A stretch of 62,645 nt of DNA, filler included, from Vermamoeba vermiformis (taxonomy: Eukaryota): assembly GCA_045837725.1 (NCBI GenBank). It is 5 parts of 5 records of this genome, joined end to end, with 100 filler letters (N's around TTAATTAATTAA, not from the genome) between each part and the next. Parts side by side here need not be neighbours in the genome. Positions count along the whole stretch, not along the records: positions 1 to 23,178 come from JBEWZL010000234.1; positions 23,279 to 34,186 come from JBEWZL010000240.1; 3 more parts are not named here. One strand, 5' to 3'. Both the position numbers and the translations under genes were made by a program. The notes beneath the pieces are model-generated. The model saw nothing but the letters and a program-made list of their open reading frames with translations, did no database searches and was not told the DNA's origin. Below are positions 11,109 through 23,284 of this stretch, one piece after another (position 1 is the stretch's first letter; every line of letters starts with the position of its first letter).

Positions 11109-12043
11109 ATGGCAGATCCTAAACCAGAATCTACCCCAGAAAAATCGGAAAATAAATCCAGCAATATTAGCCAATCACCCGCAAAAGAAATAGCATTATT
11201 TAACTTCGAATGGAAGTCAGAGACCCAAGATAAAGACAAGAATGTGACCTCACCTGAAAAACCATTCACTTTTACGCTAGATCCAGAATTAGCTGCTTCG
11301 ATAGCAACTCTATCAGTATCACCTACAAAATCACCTGCTAAACTTGATGCACCTAAACCAGCGGATCCACTTCCGCCATTCGATAAGCCACAAGAATTCA
11401 AAATTTGTCTTATTGGCGACGAAAAAGTTGGAAAAACAAGTTATATTGATAGAATATTAGGAAAAGAATTTAAATTCGCGTATGAAGCTACAAGCCAACT
11501 GGAAGTGCGAGATGTGACTTTAGAAACCAATCGCGGACCAATTACTTTCCACGTCTGGGACGTCGCCGGCAAAGATGACGGTCTAGGTAATTAACGTAAT
11601 ATTTCCTAGCTATTTTCCTTGCTTTTTGCTTCGTTGGATCCGTGGTTTAATTTTCCCTCCTAGGCGACGCATACTTTCTCGGATGCCATGGATACATTAT
11701 CATGTTCGACGTGACCAAGAAATCAACGTACGCTAGCGTGCCTGAGTGGTACAAAGAGTCGCAACAAGTGCAATCGAATCCAGTCGTCTTGGTCGGCAAC
11801 AAATGGGACGTGCTCGAGCGACAAGTGGACAAAAGGGACGTTACTTTTCATCACAAGAAGGGATTGCAATACTACGAAGTATCGGCGAAAACTGGGCACT
11901 ACCTTAAAGCACCATTATTGTCATTAGCTAGAGCTTTGGTACAAGATCCGCATCTGAATCTCACAGACGATAACAAATTGGCCGCTAATAAGTCACCCTT
12001 CAAAATAACAGAAGACGTTGCAGCTAAGAAGGACGAAGCTTAA
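11109..12043 (+). CDS. Divergent Ran-family small GTPase with ~97-aa N-terminal extension (2 exons)
   Basis: GDEKVGKT, TNRGPITFHVWDVAG, MFDVT, GNKWD, LQYYEVSAK, PLLSLARAL. Intron about 11587-11663. Confidence 0.88.
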
Positions 12044-12283
12044 AAAAGCTCACAAAAGCTTTATTTTGTACATAAACATTTCTAGTTTGCCGCCTATATT
12101 TCCTTGTGCTCTCTCAAACTAAACTTTTGATTTTTTGGCGATGACGTGCCATGATACGCCTTACAATTATGCAAACATCCGGATCCTTCTCTGAGCAACA
12201 TTTTTGTGATTCCGAAATCACGAAATCCTTCAGTTTTGTTCGTTTGGAGACGAGCAACACCAACGTAACTTAAACTTGTAGCT

Positions 12284-13631
12284 ATGGCATCGTCAGCAAT
12301 AATTATTGGATCGAGAGCTTGGGACCTGGATTACGAAGACTCATTTTTGGGATCGGATTGGGATGTCGTTATGACAAAGCAGGATTTAATTAATATATTA
12401 AATGGTAATTAATATTTGAATATTTTTCCCTCAATTGTTTTGCCAATGCTCTTAATTTTAGCATTGTGAAAAATCAGAATTGCGTCATTTTATCGTGCAG
12501 CGATTTTAGCACAAATAATATTAATTGTAGCATGTATTGATAGGTGGCTATATATATGACATTTCTTATGACTCATTGCAAGACTATAAGTATCGATTAA
12601 AACAACGTCCAAAACGTGTGCTCGACATCGAATTAGCGGACGCTTTTCGAAGCACCAAACTGCTGCACAAACTGACGCAGAAGGGCAGCACTCTAATTGA
12701 GCTGGGTACTGTGGGAGCTAGTCCTGTTTCACCAATCACCTGCGTGGTGCTCAAAGCGAGCCACATTACATTTCCTATTCATTGGCGCAAAACCGGTACA
12801 GTCCTTTTACTATTACTATTCTAATACTATTCTGATTCAACTATGTCCTTATACTATGCTAATATTTCTCTTTCAGCTTCGCATCTTGCGATGATGAAGG
12901 CATGGTTCAAAACCGAATCGTTACAAGCCCTGGTCGAATCAGACGTCCCGTGTGATCTGTTCAAACAACTGTTAGACGTACGGAGCAGAGAAACTCTTGC
13001 CAGGGTTTTGTCGAAAACAAAGTCTCGCGCAGTGAATAACGCCAGTCTCAAAGGTACGCCCAATTGTTCACACGATGTTGTTGCTAGCTAACAATACCAA
13101 TTAGAGAGGAAATCGATGCTTGCAGACGAACAAGCATTCACCAAGTTTGCACCGATCGACCAATCAGACGCAATTTATTTCCCAACGACCGACACGTACG
13201 TGAGCAGATCTAAATTCAATTCTGGCTCGGCAGAGTACAAATCTGAGCTTGTGCAACGACAGCTCGAACTGATTGCGGGAATTTACTTCATCGATCATCC
13301 AGCGTTGGTACAACTCAGGTAAACAAGCGATTATGATAGTAGTTGTTGCTAAAAATGAATGAACTACAGTCCCGAAGCACGCGTCACTGAGATCTATTTG
13401 CTGTCGCTGCAAACCTTTTGCTGTCAACAAGTAGCGAGTGAAGTACCAGATGTTGATCACAGTTCGTTGGTGCGGAAAACTTACCACGTATATCGTACGT
13501 ATCTACTTGCACACGTTTCTACTTACCAAATATTGCTATTACAGAACGATTTAGGGCCGTGCCGACCAATAAAGCGAATGAAGTGCAAGATCTTGTCCAA
13601 AAACTTAGCGGTAAGTGCCAATGATTTGTAA
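12284..13631 (+). CDS. Putative Pol-beta-superfamily nucleotidyltransferase-like protein, multi-exon (possibly degraded)
   Basis: Exon 1 MASSAIIIGSRAWDLDYEDSFLGSDWDVVMT fits hGS-x(n)-DhD. A later exon reads LKASHITFPIHWRK. 3' exons uncertain. Confidence 0.5.
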
Positions 13632-13662
13632 TTGCCAATTGTGTAACATTTGTTCATCAGCC

Positions 13663-14277
13663 ATGAATGTCACTGAACTGCCGTTAGCCACCGACGAACA
13701 AGTCGCGGCGTCACCTTTGGGCAATCCAATCATTCAGTGGCTCGTGGATCATTGGACCGATGCGACACTCGCTCCCACGCAGTCATTTAAGCAGTTCGTT
13801 GTCACACACAGCACCGCGGAGTACCAAAGAGTGAACAATATCGGCTTACCTCCTGAAATGATGGAGATGATTTTCGGACAGATAGACGAGCACGTGACCT
13901 ACTGCTCATTGATCAGCTTAAACAAGTACTACCGAGCATTGTACAACAGTGATGAAGCGTGGAAGAAGTTCACGCACAAGTGTTGGAGTGAAGATCAGCT
14001 CAAGCACTCGAAGATTTCTGAGCAACCACCGAGCTCGAAGAAAGAGAAGCGAAAGCAAGAGCGAGCACGATGGCAACAAGTCTTTGCAGAGATGTACCAA
14101 CGAGCTTTGCAAGACAGTTTCGTTTTGTGCGGGCATTGTCACTTATTCCACAATGCAATTGCCCACGGAAGAGAAGACCGAGACGAAGCGTATTGGGATC
14201 ACTGTGCTTGTAACGATTGTGATGCAGGTAGCTGGCAGACGTGCGAGTATAATGATGAATACACCTGGGAAGATTGA
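13663..14277 (+). CDS. F-box protein with Cys/His-rich C-terminus
   Basis: LPPEMMEMIFGQI..SLISLNKYY..DEAWK F-box. C-terminal CGHC..H..HCAC..C. Confidence 0.75.
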   Translation: MNVTELPLATDEQVAASPLGNPIIQWLVDHWTDATLAPTQSFKQFVVTHSTAEYQRVNNIGLPPEMMEMIFGQIDEHVTYCSLISLNKYYRALYNSDEAWKKFTHKCWSEDQLKHSKISEQPPSSKKEKRKQERARWQQVFAEMYQRALQDSFVLCGHCHLFHNAIAHGREDRDEAYWDHCACNDCDAGSWQTCEYNDEYTWED

Positions 14278-14405
14278 GCACGCGACAATAAAGACCGGTT
14301 TTTTTTTGCGTCAATCAAAATGTGATTAATCGCAACAAGTTATAGTTTTGTTCGAATAGCAAAGATAATTGGAAGTATAAAGTGCTTCGAACTGGATTTA
14401 CATAA

Positions 14406-15298
14406 TTAAAATATATCAACATCATCGACATAACGAGATCGTGCTTTGCCAGCCAATCGACCGCTTCGTCGTTTCTTCGGATCGGGTTCTTCTTCAATAA
14501 CGGTTTCTTCTCGTTTTCGCTTGGTTACTTTTGGTTTCTGCGGTAACCTCTTTAATACTTTTAGATACTCCCTTCTAACTGCTTCAAAAGTACCCCACTT
14601 TGCTAGCGCAACAAGCCGCGCTTTCACGTGAAATGTCAGATGTGATGCACTTGGAATTGAGCGATAACGTACCTCGATACTCGTAGCAATATTCGGTAGG
14701 TATGCCTCGATCAGGACTCAGATATTCATCGATGTACACGTGCTCACTCGCTTCTTCGTATGTCAAAGCAAACTTCTGCATCGTCTCCTTGGCCGTGATC
14801 ATCATGGACCCGTGCGACTTGAAACACGAGCGACACAATGATCCACCACTCCAGCCGCCACCTACTTTACGAGCGACGCAATTAGGGCTAAAACGAAATT
14901 TTAGTAACGGTGGATTAGAGGGAAAATTTGACAGATGCACACCATTTAGATTTACGCACGGCAAGGTACCGAAAATAGAGCGCTTTATAATAGCCTGGTT
15001 CTTCGTCGTTATATTTGTGCTCAATCTGTATTACAAGGTTAATAAATAGAATAGCGAAGGTGCGCTCTTCTACCTTCGTTTCGCTGTCCAGCGTTTCAAT
15101 GGCGTATTCGATATCGCCATTTGTTAATTGAGAAAAATAACGCTTCCATATTGTGTTTGACGAAGCATATTCATTGCACAGCTGAGATAGTTGGGCGAAA
15201 ATACCTAATCCATCGATCGATAACCAACCAGCTACTTCGAGCTGCAACTCTGCTGGTAAATTAAAGAATAAAAATATGCTATTTTCTTGTGTTTCCAT
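14406..15298 (-). CDS. F-box protein, multi-exon
   Basis: LPAELQLEVAGWLS..FAQLSQLC..IWK F-box, continued by ORFs 14584-15024 (CxxC motifs) and 14406-14627 (basic tail). Confidence 0.75.
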
Positions 15299-15685
15299 AT
15301 TGCAAAACAGACGACGATAAGGACAGATCTCGCTCCATTTTTATGTTCTGTCGATCGAGAAATTCTAGGAAATGCTTTTCCCGGAAATTATTGCCTGGTG
15401 CTCCGTGCATTTTTTGCTAAATCTGCACCAGATAACGCAGCACCACATGTCTCCGAAGGCAAATCTCGTACCGCACCCACCTGAGTAAAACATGTGCGGC
15501 ACTTTGTGCTTGTCTGTTTAGGAAATGTAATTTTACTGTTGTCCTCTGTTTAGGATTCCGGTAGTAATATTTTCCGTGCGTGATTGTCAAAAATAGGAGA
15601 TCTCACCAAGATTTTTTGTCTTAGCGGTTGACAAAATCAAAATCAATCTCCAATAATTTAACCAAGAAAGCACCACAATTTCAAC

Positions 15686-18600
15686 ATGTCTGTATTCTTG
15701 CGGTTTATGAAAGAAGGTGTGGACGACCTTGCCATGGTCTCCAATCCGAGTAACGGCGAGATCACCAAACAAATTGGAGCGAGATATGGCAAAAATCTCA
15801 TCTACACTAATATCGGTGATGTACTTATTGCGGTATGTATGATCATCTAGCGGTTTAAGATGAAAGAAAGCAGATCTGAATTAATTGAAAAAATCTTTTC
15901 GTTGATAAATTAAAAATTAGATTCTTATCAAATTAGAGTTTGGTTCACGTATCGAGTATCTTTTTTTAATCAAAACGCGTTCGAAATCATCGAAATTGAA
16001 TCGATTAAGATTTTGTCCGTTACGGCAGATCAAGATATTGTTGCTCGTGACTCCGCGTTAATACTGGATATTTTATAGGTCAACCCTTATACTCGCTTGC
16101 CAATCTACACTGAAGATCACATTAAGATGTACATGAACAGCAACATCTACGATTCTCCTCCTCACATTTATCAATTGGCCGAACAAGCCTACCGAACGAT
16201 GGTCAGCGATGGATCTAGTCAAGCTGTAATTATTAGGTAATTAACATATATTAATTCATATAAGAAAAAAGATTTTAATTTTTCAATTTGAAAGTGGTGA
16301 ATCTGGTGCCGGCAAAACTGAGTCCGCAAAATTGATTTTGAACTATATCTCAGCAGTCAGTGGTAGCACTGGTGACACTGCTCGCGTCAAGGACGTCATT
16401 CTGAGCACAAATCCGTTGTTAGAATCTTTCGGTAATGCCAAAACAGTGCGTAATGACAACAGCTCTCGATTCGGCAAATACTTGGAAATTTTATTCAACG
16501 AGAAAGGCGAGCCTTGCGGCGGACAAATCACCAATTTCTTGTTGGAGAAGACCAGAGTCGCTTTCCAAGGTAAGGATCCTTTAAAGATCCGTTTAACACT
16601 CTGCAATAATGATGAAATTTGGGATATAATATCGATGATAAATAATTTACGTCGCGTAGTTATTTTAAAAAAATTTTGGGTTGGGATCTAGAAAATCGGA
16701 GTATTAATTTGAATTTGTACTATAGCTAAGGGCGAGCGTAACTTCCATATCTTCTACGAACTTGTCAAGGGTGCTCCTCCACAATTGAAGCAAGAATTAG
16801 GCCTCACTGGTGGTCCGGAATCATTTTTCTATTTATCTCAAAGCAAGTGTACCACTGTCGATGGCGTAGACGACGCTAAGGGCTTCGAAGATGTTTGCAA
16901 AGCCATGACTGTTATCGACGTATCAGCGACCGATCAAGTAAGCAACTAATATTTCAGATCCCGATCCGAAAACAAACTGAAATTTTTCCTTTTTTAGCAA
17001 AACTGCTGGAAATTATTGGCCGCTATTTTGCACGTTGGAAACATCCGTTTCGAAGGAGATGCCCCTGCTAGAGTATCAAACAAAGACACTCTCGATTTCG
17101 CAGCCTATTTGTTGGGCTTGGATCCCTCAACCCTCGCTGAAGCTTTAGTGCACCGTGCTATTCAGACCGGTAGTGCTCGCGCTTCCGTCTATTCAGTGCC
17201 TCAAAATCCTGATCAAGCTAGCGGTATTCGTGATGCCTTGGCCAAGTCGTTGTACGAAAGAATTTTCGACTGGCTCGTGCACAGAATCAACGTCGCCCTT
17301 GGCTCTCGAGGTAAATATAACCCCCTAACATAATTACTATCGTCAACCAAGTCTTACAAGCGCTGAAAGAGATGTTTGAGATTTGACCGTCAAATTTACT
17401 CCGTTGATTTTTGGCTGTCAAATTTTGGTCTCATCGCGCACTGGCACCGGCAGACCATCAATTTTATGTTTAACGAGCGGTATAGTGACGATATTAATCG
17501 ATAGGTACTCCTGTCTCATTGAGCAGCTATGCTAGTCCAGTCAGCAGTCCTCCAACCAGCCCGCGTCAGATGCCGAGTCCGAACGGTGGTGGAGGTCCTC
17601 CAAAGATGCCTATGGGCAGAGGTAAATACAAATATAATTAATAACGTCTTAATATGCCCATTTATACGCTTAAATTGCTTTTATTTTCTTGATCTGACCG
17701 ACTTTTTGTAGCCAAAGGCCCCGGTCCTAAAGGCCCTGGTCCAAAGGGTCCCGGTCCCAAAGGCCCTGGTATGGGCGGTCCTAAGATGCCCCCACCCATG
17801 CCTGGTGCCAACAACAATTACAGCAACAGCCCGCCAATTCCTAAGGGTCCTAAAGGCCAAATGTAAGTGTTAATTCGAAAAACCTAAAATTTTATACTAT
17901 TTTATTTACAATATTTACAAATATATTTTACTTCCTGCGTGGGCCTAGATTAATTTTTATGATTTTAGGGGTAATTCTGGTGGCGGCAATGGTGGATTCA
18001 CTGTTGGCGGCAATGGTCTCGGCAACATTCGTACAGGCGGCAAGAGCATTGGTGTGCTCGACATTTACGGCTTTGAAATTTTTGAAGCAAACGGCTTTGA
18101 ACAGTTCTGCATCAACTACGTCAACGAACGATTGCAACAGGTCTTCATTGATCTGACGCTCAGACAAGAACAAAAAGAATACCACGACGAGAACTTACCC
18201 GTACGTTGTGATATATATATATCATCGGTGTAGTATATAGGACTAATGTATATGTATCTATTTAGTGGAAAGATATCAAGTACTTTGACAACAAAGTCGT
18301 GGTGGATCTGATCGAAGGCAACAACCCGCCCGGAATTTTCCGATTGTTGGACGACACGTGCAAGACTGTCCACGCACTCGACTCGGCCACGTGCGACGGA
18401 AAATTCATGGAAAAGGTGATGAAGACGCACCCGCACAACGAACACTTGATCGGAGCACATCCGACTTCGTTCACGGTCAAGGTAAGTCAATTTGAACTAT
18501 ATAATGACAGTAGTATTTAATAATATTATTTTGCTTCAAAGCACTATGCGGGTGAAGTGACGTACACCGTGGAAGAATTCTGTTTCAAGAACTACGACAA

Positions 18601-19577
18601 CTTGTACACCTCGCTCGTCATGTGCATGCAGACCTCGGACAACTCGTTCTATTTGACACTCTTCCCTGAAGACGTTTCTGACGGTACGGATCCACCGGTG
18701 GAATAATATTACTTTGCGTCATTTTATTGACTTGTACTTATTTCCTTATATAGAAAAGAAAGCACCGACCACTTCAGGCATGAAGATCCGTCAGTCAGCC
18801 AACATGTTGATGTCAAAATTGAGCGCTTGCGTTGTAAGTCTTACCTGACATTTCCTAATAAGGAAATCCATTCTGACGTGCTATTTTCAGCCTCACTACA
18901 TTCGGTGCATCAAGCCCAACGACAAAAAACAACCGTTGGACTTTGTCATGGCCCGTGTCGAACATCAAGTCAAGGTAACATTTCCTAATTTGGCAATCAC
19001 CACCACGTGATCTAATCTCGCTTAGTACCTTGGTCTGCTCGAGAACGTGCGTGTCAAGAAGGCAGGTTATTCGTACCGCACACCGTACAGCAAGTGGGTC
19101 CGTCGCTTCAGTCCGCTGTTGGAACAACCACCTGCTGGCGAGGGACAAGACGCGGCACGCACGATTGTCAATTATTTGATCGGCAAGGTACGAGCAAACT
19201 CAAACAAATATCGAAATCAAAGCCCGTGAAAATTTTACACTGGACTTTGCGCCAAACCTGAAAATCAATTAATTAATTGCCACATTGAATATTTTTTATC
19301 CAATTGGCCACTGAAATCGTATTTTATTCTAATGACAGTAGATATATAATCTAACGTATTCTCGTTGCAGATGAAGGACGTGTCAGCCGATGAGTTTGGC
19401 TGGGGCAGCACGAAGATCTTCGTCAAGTCTCCTGAAGTCATTTTCACGATTGAAGAGATGTTGGAACAGAAAGTGGATCCAGAGGGCTACAAGAACAAAG
19501 TCAAAGACTTCAAAGAGAGCGAACGAAAGGCGAAAGCTAATCAAGGCAAATTCAAGGGTCGTTGTCTCATTCAATAA
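15686..19577 (+). CDS. myoK: Class I myosin, tail-less MyoK type with CaaX box, multi-exon
   Basis: Starts [15 protein letters not shown]. Motor motifs [50 protein letters not shown]. No IQ/TH1 tail. Ends GRCLIQ*, the same CLIQ farnesylation motif as Dictyostelium MyoK. Gly/Pro-rich insert in the motor domain. Confidence 0.9.
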
Positions 19578-19782
19578 GCGAAGAATCGGATCCGCAATCG
19601 GGTCTGAAAATTTTGTTACATTATTATTTATACGCCGCTGTCGGCACAATTGTATTTGAATAAACCAAATTCCAAGTAGACAAATATTGTACTACCCTGG
19701 GACAAAAGTTAGTTTGGTGATGGCTGTACGGAAAAAGATCGGTAACGGGTGGAAATAGTTCCTCCGCGATCTCAAAATGCAT

Positions 19783-20946
19783 TTATTGATTGACAACAGG
19801 TCGATAACGAATGACAACGTGTTTCAACGGAAATACTCTGGCGATTTGATCGGAAGTAATTCGTGGCCCGCCATCGAACTCTAGAACTTGCAGGTTGGTG
19901 AGAGCACTGAATTCTTGCACTGTATTTGGGTCACTTAGCCAATCAGCTTCGTTCAATCCGAGACACGTTACATTCGTCAGCAGTGAAATGCCTTGTAAAC
20001 TCGGTGCTGGCAACGTCAAACTTCGAAGATTTGGTAGCGATGCCAGATTTACTATTTCGCTGTCCTCGATCTCAGATTCTACGTTACTGATCAATGCGTG
20101 ACAACATGAAATTTCAGTCACACTTACGGCAGTATAGAGCACGCAGTTGTTGCAGGTCAGTGTAGCCTGAAAGATAGCGAACAAAAAGCGACGTCACTCG
20201 TGTAGGTAGGGTGCCACCAGCTTTCATGTCATTGACACCCAGGGCAGTGAGATTGGTAAGCACTGTCAGACTTGAATGATACGTGCAGGATGCAAGGTTC
20301 AGTTCGTGAATCTGCGTCAAGGTTGCAAGCTGAGTCAAGTGTTCGTCATACATCGAATTTTCGACACTGAACGAAATTAAATTCGGTAACTGAGCCAAAG
20401 AACTAAAATTCTTATAGGGCCAACTGCGCAGGCTGATCGCCTTCAGTGCATGGAAACAAGATACCCATTCCAAGTCACTTTGTGCCGGCGATATCCAAAG
20501 GGATTGCAGTTTTGTTAAGTGTCTTAATTGATAGCTACCAAACTTCTCTGTTGCTTCCGCGTGCAATGATGTCAATTGAGTAAAGGTCGTACAAACATCG
20601 CCGAACAAATCTTCGTTCAAGTCGTTGAGGATTGTTAATCCGACGACACGTGTCAATTGCATCATCGCTGTTGGCAGTCTAAAAACCAAGACGTCAGCTA
20701 CAATCAACTTCATATTGTCTCGTACTCTGTAATGACGTCATCGTCCTTGACCGTGAAATACAACGTTTTGACTCGAGCGGCATCTAAGCGCGCTAATAGC
20801 GAGCTTGCAACATTGTATGGTAATCGACTCGTCCAACCAACACGCCACTGTTCTTCCGAAGGTTCCAGTCTTGAATCGAAATGGGTCACATACTTCCATG
20901 CATTCCAATCCCAGCTCTTGCATACGAAGCACATTCTGTGATCCAA
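19783..20946 (-). CDS. Leucine-rich repeat protein (probably F-box/LRR), multi-exon; 5' end unclear
   Basis: Repeated LxxLxxLxL units across three ORFs that can be joined by short introns. FVCKSW resembles the end of an F-box. Confidence 0.7.
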
Positions 20947-21146
20947 TTATTGCGTCAATTACATAAATGAACAAATTTTAGAATGACGCAAGATATTCGT
21001 CAATTAATGTTACTTATAAATTAACAAGAGCATCATACTAGTGCTATATTTATTAACAAAGAAACGAAGGATTTTGTATTGACGTTTGATTACATAAAAA
21101 AAACTAGGAACAGCTATTTCATTGCAACTAAACAATTTATTAATTA

Positions 21147-23178
21147 GAGTGAGTCTCCGATTTTGTCCCAAACCCCCAATTTTGTCCCAAACGATTTTGG
21201 ACTAAAATTTAACAATAATTTATTTTAATACTTATTTAATGGAGTGATTTCAATACAAATAGATAAATAATAAGTGAATACTTGAATTACAGTTGATTTA
21301 ATCGTGCAATTCGCCTTCATCACTGGCCAGATCGGATCTTTCTTCGCTCAGATCAGATCCGCATTCAGCAGCATGCTCATCATGAATATCTCGTTTTTGA
21401 CACTTCTTGCATACTTGATAGCTATTACATGAGGTGCAGACCCAAAATTTGTGCTTCTTGGTATAGATACGACGGCAAGGTGAGCACGTCCTACTAATCA
21501 CATCACTCTGTTTGTCAAGTTTGCGTCGCTTGACGAGCTCTTGTCGCTCTTCTTTCTCCTCTTCTCTCTTTCTCTTCTTGTCCTCTCTTTCTTTCTTCGC
21601 AAGTTCTTTAGCCTCCTTCTCTTTCAGTTCTTTTTCCTCCTTCTCACGGGCATAGATCACCAACTGCTGGCCAGTCACCAATTTATTCCGCTCATTGGCA
21701 CGTACTCGCTTGATAGGAGTCTTGGTTTGATTAGGTATCAAGGCCTCCTTAAGTATCAGTGCCATAGCTTTAACTTCTTCATCTTCACTGGTGTGCAGTT
21801 GAGGTTTTGTGTCGAACATGTACATGTTCTGAAATTTCTTGCTGATAAGTGCACTATCGAATGGCCAAATGCCTGTATGTCGAAATCCTGCCTTAATGAC
21901 CTCTTTATCAAATATATTGGACTTCTCCTCCGTGATAATGTCTTCAATAACAGAGTGCAGGGTCTCTCCAGTGAGGAGCCGTCGCATTCTTTCAAGGTCT
22001 CTCTTGACACGCATCTTGCGTTTGAACGAGCCAAAAATCACGTCGTCAAGAGGTTGAAGCAAATGAGTTGTATGTGCTGGTAGGTACAGGGGCTGTATAT
22101 CAGAATCTAATAGCAAGTTGATGCTGGTCAACTCCAGGTGGGTGGAGTGGCGGTCAAGAAGTAAAAGAGCTGGTTGTCCTTGCTTGAACGCTGAAAGTCG
22201 CTCCACGAGTCGCGCTATTATTTGCTTCCACAACTCATTTGTAATAAAGCCATTAGCTGTTGTGGCATAATAAGTTGGTATAGTGCTGCGAGTATATCTC
22301 AGCTCTGTAGTGACGGGAATCGAATTCTTCTTTTCGTTGCCATTTTGTGACATGTCCTTGTAGATGAGCACTATCATCCAAACACGACCAGATGCTGCAA
22401 CAAATGGAAGTATAGTGCGTAGATGACTCTTGGGAGTACTCAATCTACCCTGCTTTTTCGAATTTGCACTCGTTAGAATCTTCGAACTTTCTCCGTCAGT
22501 AAATTTACAGGGAGATTCGTCAGCGTTGATGATGAAGTCGTCCGTGTAACTTTTCTCTTCTAGTAGCCTCTTGTATTCTTTCACAAATGACTCAATAATA
22601 TCAATAGTGACAGAATTGACACGTCCCATGTCGAGGTCTTTACCAAACGCGTGAGAGATGCGATCTGAATTGCGGATCAGAAAATTGCTAAACCAGTGAT
22701 CGCCTCGCCAGTCTTCAGGGAGCTCAAATATCTTACGTACAAAACTAATGAATACACTTCTCGACAGAGCTATTCCGCTTGCTGAAAAAGCTAAAATGAT
22801 GCTGCATAGTCTTTTTTCTTGCTGATTGGTGAGCATCTGATTTCCATGTTTCTTCTCTTTATTCTTTTGAGCCCGCTGGTAGGCTTTGCGAAGTGTTTCG
22901 AATTTATTGGGACTATTCCGCGTCAAATCGCGAATAATTTCGCTAATTGTCTCGCCGTTTTCTGAAATCCGTTGATTGATCTCATGAATTTCGTTTTCAT
23001 ACTTCGCCATTACTGGTCAGAAAAATTATAAATAAAATCAATACTATTGAACAACAAGCTGTCGTGTTCGTGTGCGAAGCAACTTATTGAATGCCGTTGG
23101 TAAAATAATTTGCGAAATTACGCAAAAAAATCGGTTGGGACAAAATCAGGGGTTTGGGACAAAATCGGCGACTCACTC
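21147..23178 (-). mobile_element. pogo/Fot1-like DNA transposon, 2032 bp, apparently complete
   Basis: ~53-bp TIRs GAGTGAGTC(T/G)CCGATTTTGTCCCAAACCCC.., each with two ATTTTGTCCCAA direct repeats. TA at 21145-21146; the right flank is lost in the gap. Confidence 0.93.
21298..23010 (-). CDS. DDE_1 (DD35D) transposase with CENP-B-like HTH and C-terminal Cys-rich finger
   Basis: NADES, LLDRHSTH, LPAHTTHLLQPLD, with 35 residues between the second and third D. Intact 570-aa ORF. Confidence 0.95.
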   Translation of the reverse strand: MAKYENEIHEINQRISENGETISEIIRDLTRNSPNKFETLRKAYQRAQKNKEKKHGNQMLTNQQEKRLCSIILAFSASGIALSRSVFISFVRKIFELPEDWRGDHWFSNFLIRNSDRISHAFGKDLDMGRVNSVTIDIIESFVKEYKRLLEEKSYTDDFIINADESPCKFTDGESSKILTSANSKKQGRLSTPKSHLRTILPFVAASGRVWMIVLIYKDMSQNGNEKKNSIPVTTELRYTRSTIPTYYATTANGFITNELWKQIIARLVERLSAFKQGQPALLLLDRHSTHLELTSINLLLDSDIQPLYLPAHTTHLLQPLDDVIFGSFKRKMRVKRDLERMRRLLTGETLHSVIEDIITEEKSNIFDKEVIKAGFRHTGIWPFDSALISKKFQNMYMFDTKPQLHTSEDEEVKAMALILKEALIPNQTKTPIKRVRANERNKLVTGQQLVIYAREKEEKELKEKEAKELAKKEREDKKRKREEEKEERQELVKRRKLDKQSDVISRTCSPCRRIYTKKHKFWVCTSCNSYQVCKKCQKRDIHDEHAAECGSDLSEERSDLASDEGELHD

Positions 23179-23278
23179 NNNNNNNNNNNNNNNNNNNNNN
23201 NNNNNNNNNNNNNNNNNNNNNNTTAATTAATTAANNNNNNNNNNNNNNNNNNNNNNNNNNNNNNNNNNNNNNNNNNNN
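23179..23278. other. Artificial scaffold linker (N-run with TTAATTAATTAA)
   Basis: Exactly 100 nt with a six-frame stop spacer; the same pattern recurs three more times. Confidence 0.97.
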
Positions 23279-23284
23279 CGAACT

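Noticed and set aside
23223-23234. TTAATTAATTAA palindromes inside the N-runs
   Set aside because: Identical 100-nt spacers with six-frame stops are assembly linkers, not biology.
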